Source of the DNA: Amoeboradix gromovi X-113
Lineage: Eukaryota > Fungi > Sanchytriomycota
NCBI GenBank assembly: GCA_018985225.1
Contig: JADGIF010000403.1
Coordinates: 1 to 9,256, forward strand
Reading direction: 5' to 3'
Length of the DNA stretch: 9,256 bases
Shown here: positions 6,699 through 9,256 of the stretch, piece by piece
How the letters are laid out: each line of letters starts with the position of its first letter
Numbering within the stretch: the first letter of the stretch is position 1
Program-made: the position numbers and the translations under genes
The notes under the pieces: model-generated
The model's database searches: none
Seen by the model: the letters and a program-made list of their open reading frames with translations, nothing else
Told to the model about the DNA's origin: nothing

Positions 6699-8648
6699 TT
6701 ATTGTATCAATTCTTCATTGTAGTAAAAGTATAAATATCCTTTGCCCAGGTCCACCTCATCAACCAATACATGGTCGTCGTTCATTAATATCCACACACC
6801 ATCTATTAACAAATGACTCACGTAATGCCCACTCTGTGTACTGGATCCTTTATGGCTAACTATGCTCTTTAATAGGTATTTGGCGCTTTTGGGTGGTTCA
6901 ATATCTAAACTCCCAGCTGGTCTAGCTGGCTTAGTGGCCTGATTTAGACCTGTGTAAGTATAATTACTATTAGGAACATTTCCTTCCATAATAAGCATCA
7001 ATGCCATTTCTAGATTAAACTCACTCATCTCTAGTCCCCACTTTGCTTGATTTTTGTTAAAACCCATATCCAAAATGTTGTTTATCATTTCGTTCACATT
7101 TAAGCACCATTCTAGGGCAGTTTCCATTGATTTGTACTTTTGCAGTCCTATATGACAAATATCCTCGTCAATTCCCATATCCATGAGAAGTGAAAGAGAC
7201 TGTGGATCCTCGGCGTTAGGTTTTTGCTGAGGTGAATTAACAGGTACACTTTGCTCATTCGCGGCTGCAGTTACTAGTTGTATGTGCAATGGACATTTTA
7301 CGTCAATATCCATCTTTTGTCCTTTGTCTGTAATGCAATACATGTGAATAATTAGTAGATGCGGAAGAACAATAAATTTTACATCCTTCAGCAATTCATT
7401 CAGAGTTGTGGTTGTCGTGGGTCGAAGAGTTAAACAACCTGTGCTAGAAACATCGTTGGATAGTTGATACTTGGTGTATTTGATGATATCTAATGAGACA
7501 TTGTTGATTACCTCGAGAGAATCCAACAAGAACAATAAAAACTCTTGAGCATCCTGTTGGTGCATGTTGTTATAAAACGGATATTTCATAGCAAACTGCT
7601 GCTTAAATTTAATCAGATTAAGACCTATTTGAGATGTACTGCTGGTAGCGTTATTATTTATTGGAATCTGTTGATTATTTGAGTAAACGACCTTATTAGT
7701 TGGCGGATTCTGTAAGTAATACTCGTCAAATTGATAATAGCACTGCTGAAGCATTCTGCTTGTTATACTATCGCTCTCAAGTAAATTATCCACAAATGAT
7801 GGAGTAATTACGGTATTTAACAAAGGTTTAATTATCGATAACAACAATGGATTTAATGACTGAATTACCGCATTGATATAGCAGCTATTGCCCGTGTTAA
7901 CAAGGCCGATATGGCCTACGCTCTTGTACGGAACTCCGTTAATGTTGAATGAAATCTTTAAGTTTTGATTAAGCTCTAATTCATAAAGTGTTGACTCGGA
8001 CTTTTGATTAGCTAGAAAATTGTTCAAATCGTAAGAGTTAGCATTAAATATACTACTTACTATGTTGTATACTGAATTAAACTGCAAGGAGTCATCGCAG
8101 TCATAACAATATACATCATAGTCGTCAAGGGAGAGAGAAGTCAATTTTACAACTACAGGATGACGAGTGCTTGAATTGTGATTAAGCATATGCGAATTGC
8201 CATTTATTCCCAATTGCTTACGGCCGCAGCCCACATATCCGCATTCTAGGCAGCACCATAGGTTGGATATTAAGTCGCAATCATTGCACTTGATTAGATT
8301 ATTCGATGTGGTCGTAAAAGGGGTGCATTTCAAAAGGCCCGCGCTTGAATTATGCAAACAGGTTGACTTTAGTTCTGATTTTTTAAATTCTAATAAATCA
8401 TCATTCTTTGAGATTATTGGAGTTATTGTATTGTTAGGCACATCAACCAGGAAGTTGTTAAGTATAACACTGCTTCTAGGCATATTTAATTTGATCTCAT
8501 CCAAATTAGGATTTGTGGTTTCCAATTCTGCTAAAATTTTATTCAATTCAGGATGATATTTTGACTGGTGATCAACACATAAGGACATACGATCGTCGTG
8601 ATAAATGGGATTTTTGAAGCAGTAATAACAAACTGCAGATTGCTTCAT
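6699..8648 (-). CDS. UBP14: Ubiquitin carboxyl-terminal hydrolase Ubp14/USP5/USP13 (isopeptidase T) homologue, compact
   Basis: ZnF-UBP (CNDC..NLWCCLECGYVGCGR..GNSH..H..HPVVVKL..DVYCYDCD), Cys box GLVNTGNSCYINAVIQ, QQDAQEFL, two UBA domains (LMDMGI, ILDMGF) inserted in the catalytic domain, and His box SHKGSSTQSGHYV..WILMNDD. Confidence 0.92.
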   Translation of the reverse strand: MKQSAVCYYCFKNPIYHDDRMSLCVDHQSKYHPELNKILAELETTNPNLDEIKLNMPRSSVILNNFLVDVPNNTITPIISKNDDLLEFKKSELKSTCLHNSSAGLLKCTPFTTTSNNLIKCNDCDLISNLWCCLECGYVGCGRKQLGINGNSHMLNHNSSTRHPVVVKLTSLSLDDYDVYCYDCDDSLQFNSVYNIVSSIFNANSYDLNNFLANQKSESTLYELELNQNLKISFNINGVPYKSVGHIGLVNTGNSCYINAVIQSLNPLLLSIIKPLLNTVITPSFVDNLLESDSITSRMLQQCYYQFDEYYLQNPPTNKVVYSNNQQIPINNNATSSTSQIGLNLIKFKQQFAMKYPFYNNMHQQDAQEFLLFLLDSLEVINNVSLDIIKYTKYQLSNDVSSTGCLTLRPTTTTTLNELLKDVKFIVLPHLLIIHMYCITDKGQKMDIDVKCPLHIQLVTAAANEQSVPVNSPQQKPNAEDPQSLSLLMDMGIDEDICHIGLQKYKSMETALEWCLNVNEMINNILDMGFNKNQAKWGLEMSEFNLEMALMLIMEGNVPNSNYTYTGLNQATKPARPAGSLDIEPPKSAKYLLKSIVSHKGSSTQSGHYVSHLLIDGVWILMNDDHVLVDEVDLGKGYLYFYYNEELIQ

Positions 8649-8695
8649 GAATGAGGAGAGTAATAAAAATTAGAAAAATTGTTTAGACAACTATG

Positions 8696-8940
8696 TCGAT
8701 AAAAGTACTGATTTCCGAGAAAATCAAGAATTTCTTCAGAGAAACTGACCAAAGCAGTAGCTCTATTACAGCGATATCTCACACTTTCACTAATCTGAGG
8801 TGGGAGAAATAAGAGACCCCTAAATTTTAGGAAACCTCGAATTGCTTGGTATAATTAAGAAATCGAATGATGGATAACTATACCATTTATTAAATGTTAT
8901 ATAGTATGCATTCTGAGAATCGCGAAAACATGATTTAATA
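8696..8940 (-). mobile_element. IS607/Fanzor2-derived MITE-like element, copy 4 (right-end scaffold plus degenerate left end, no coding remnant)
   Basis: 8696-8813 aligns to 5684-5802 (TGATTTCCGAGAAAATC.AGAATTTC..CAGAGAAACT...CTGAGG.GGGA). 8906-8940 weakly resembles the left end (ATGCAT..TCGCGA..ATGATTTA). The left boundary is uncertain. Confidence 0.75.
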
Positions 8941-9159
8941 CCTAATAAAATCATCATTTATTTATAAGATCATTTGAATTTCCAAAAATCGAGTCAAAGG
9001 ACTTCAACATATTTGCGCGCATAAAGTTATTTTTTATTTCTTTTGTATTGTTAATTTGAAAAGATAGGATTGATTCAAAGCATATAAAAATGATATAAAA
9101 GAGACAAGCTTTCAAATACTTCAGCATTTCTAAAAGGTGGCTTTTCATAGTTCTATCAG

Positions 9160-9256
9160 CTCCTCGTTAAAAAATCCTGAATTACAAGAAAATCAGAAAG
9201 TCGGTACCTCCGTTACAATTGATTCTCGCGCTTCCACCACCCTGAGACGGGATTAA
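9160..9256 (-). mobile_element. IS607/Fanzor2-derived element, copy 5 (right end only; truncated by window edge)
   Basis: CTCCTCGTTAAAA is identical to 5680-5692. CTCCGTTACA.TGATT.CTC.CGCTT.CAC.ACCCTGAG.CGGGATT matches copies 2 and 3. Confidence 0.88.

Noticed and set aside
8954-9148. 64-aa minus-strand ORF between copies 4 and 5
   Set aside because: Short, very AT-rich and without recognisable homology; it cannot be supported from sequence alone.
554-9256. CRISPR array or functional Cas12/TnpB gene
   Set aside because: The repeats are dispersed kilobases apart, in both orientations and about 100-600 bp long. No copy has RuvC-I or a full-length ORF.

Overview
This is an AT-rich, gene-dense window from a compact eukaryotic genome (fungus/opisthokont-like by gene content; that placement is inference). 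Host features are tRNA-Thr(UGU), a TIP30/HTATIP2/Fmp52-type oxidoreductase, the meiotic RING protein Zip3/RNF212, a phospholipase B1-like SGNH lipase and a shortened Ubp14/USP5 deubiquitinase, all read as single uninterrupted ORFs. Five diverged copies of one non-autonomous element lie between these genes (554-1121 +; 3378-3804, 5680-6275, 8696-8940 and 9160-end, all -). The element looks like an internally deleted IS607-family transposon. It has a conserved left end, a remnant of the MerR-like HTH of the TnpA serine recombinase, and a remnant of the Fanzor2/TnpB C-terminus (Zn finger + RuvC-III). It ends in a ~95-125 nt structured right end, a candidate omegaRNA scaffold, which is the only part seen in all five copies. 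Each copy runs into different flanking DNA, so each would carry a different guide. Also present are an 85-bp inverted repeat pair bracketing copy 3, a possible small gene with a 27-nt intron, and an unexplained GC-rich, stem-rich segment.
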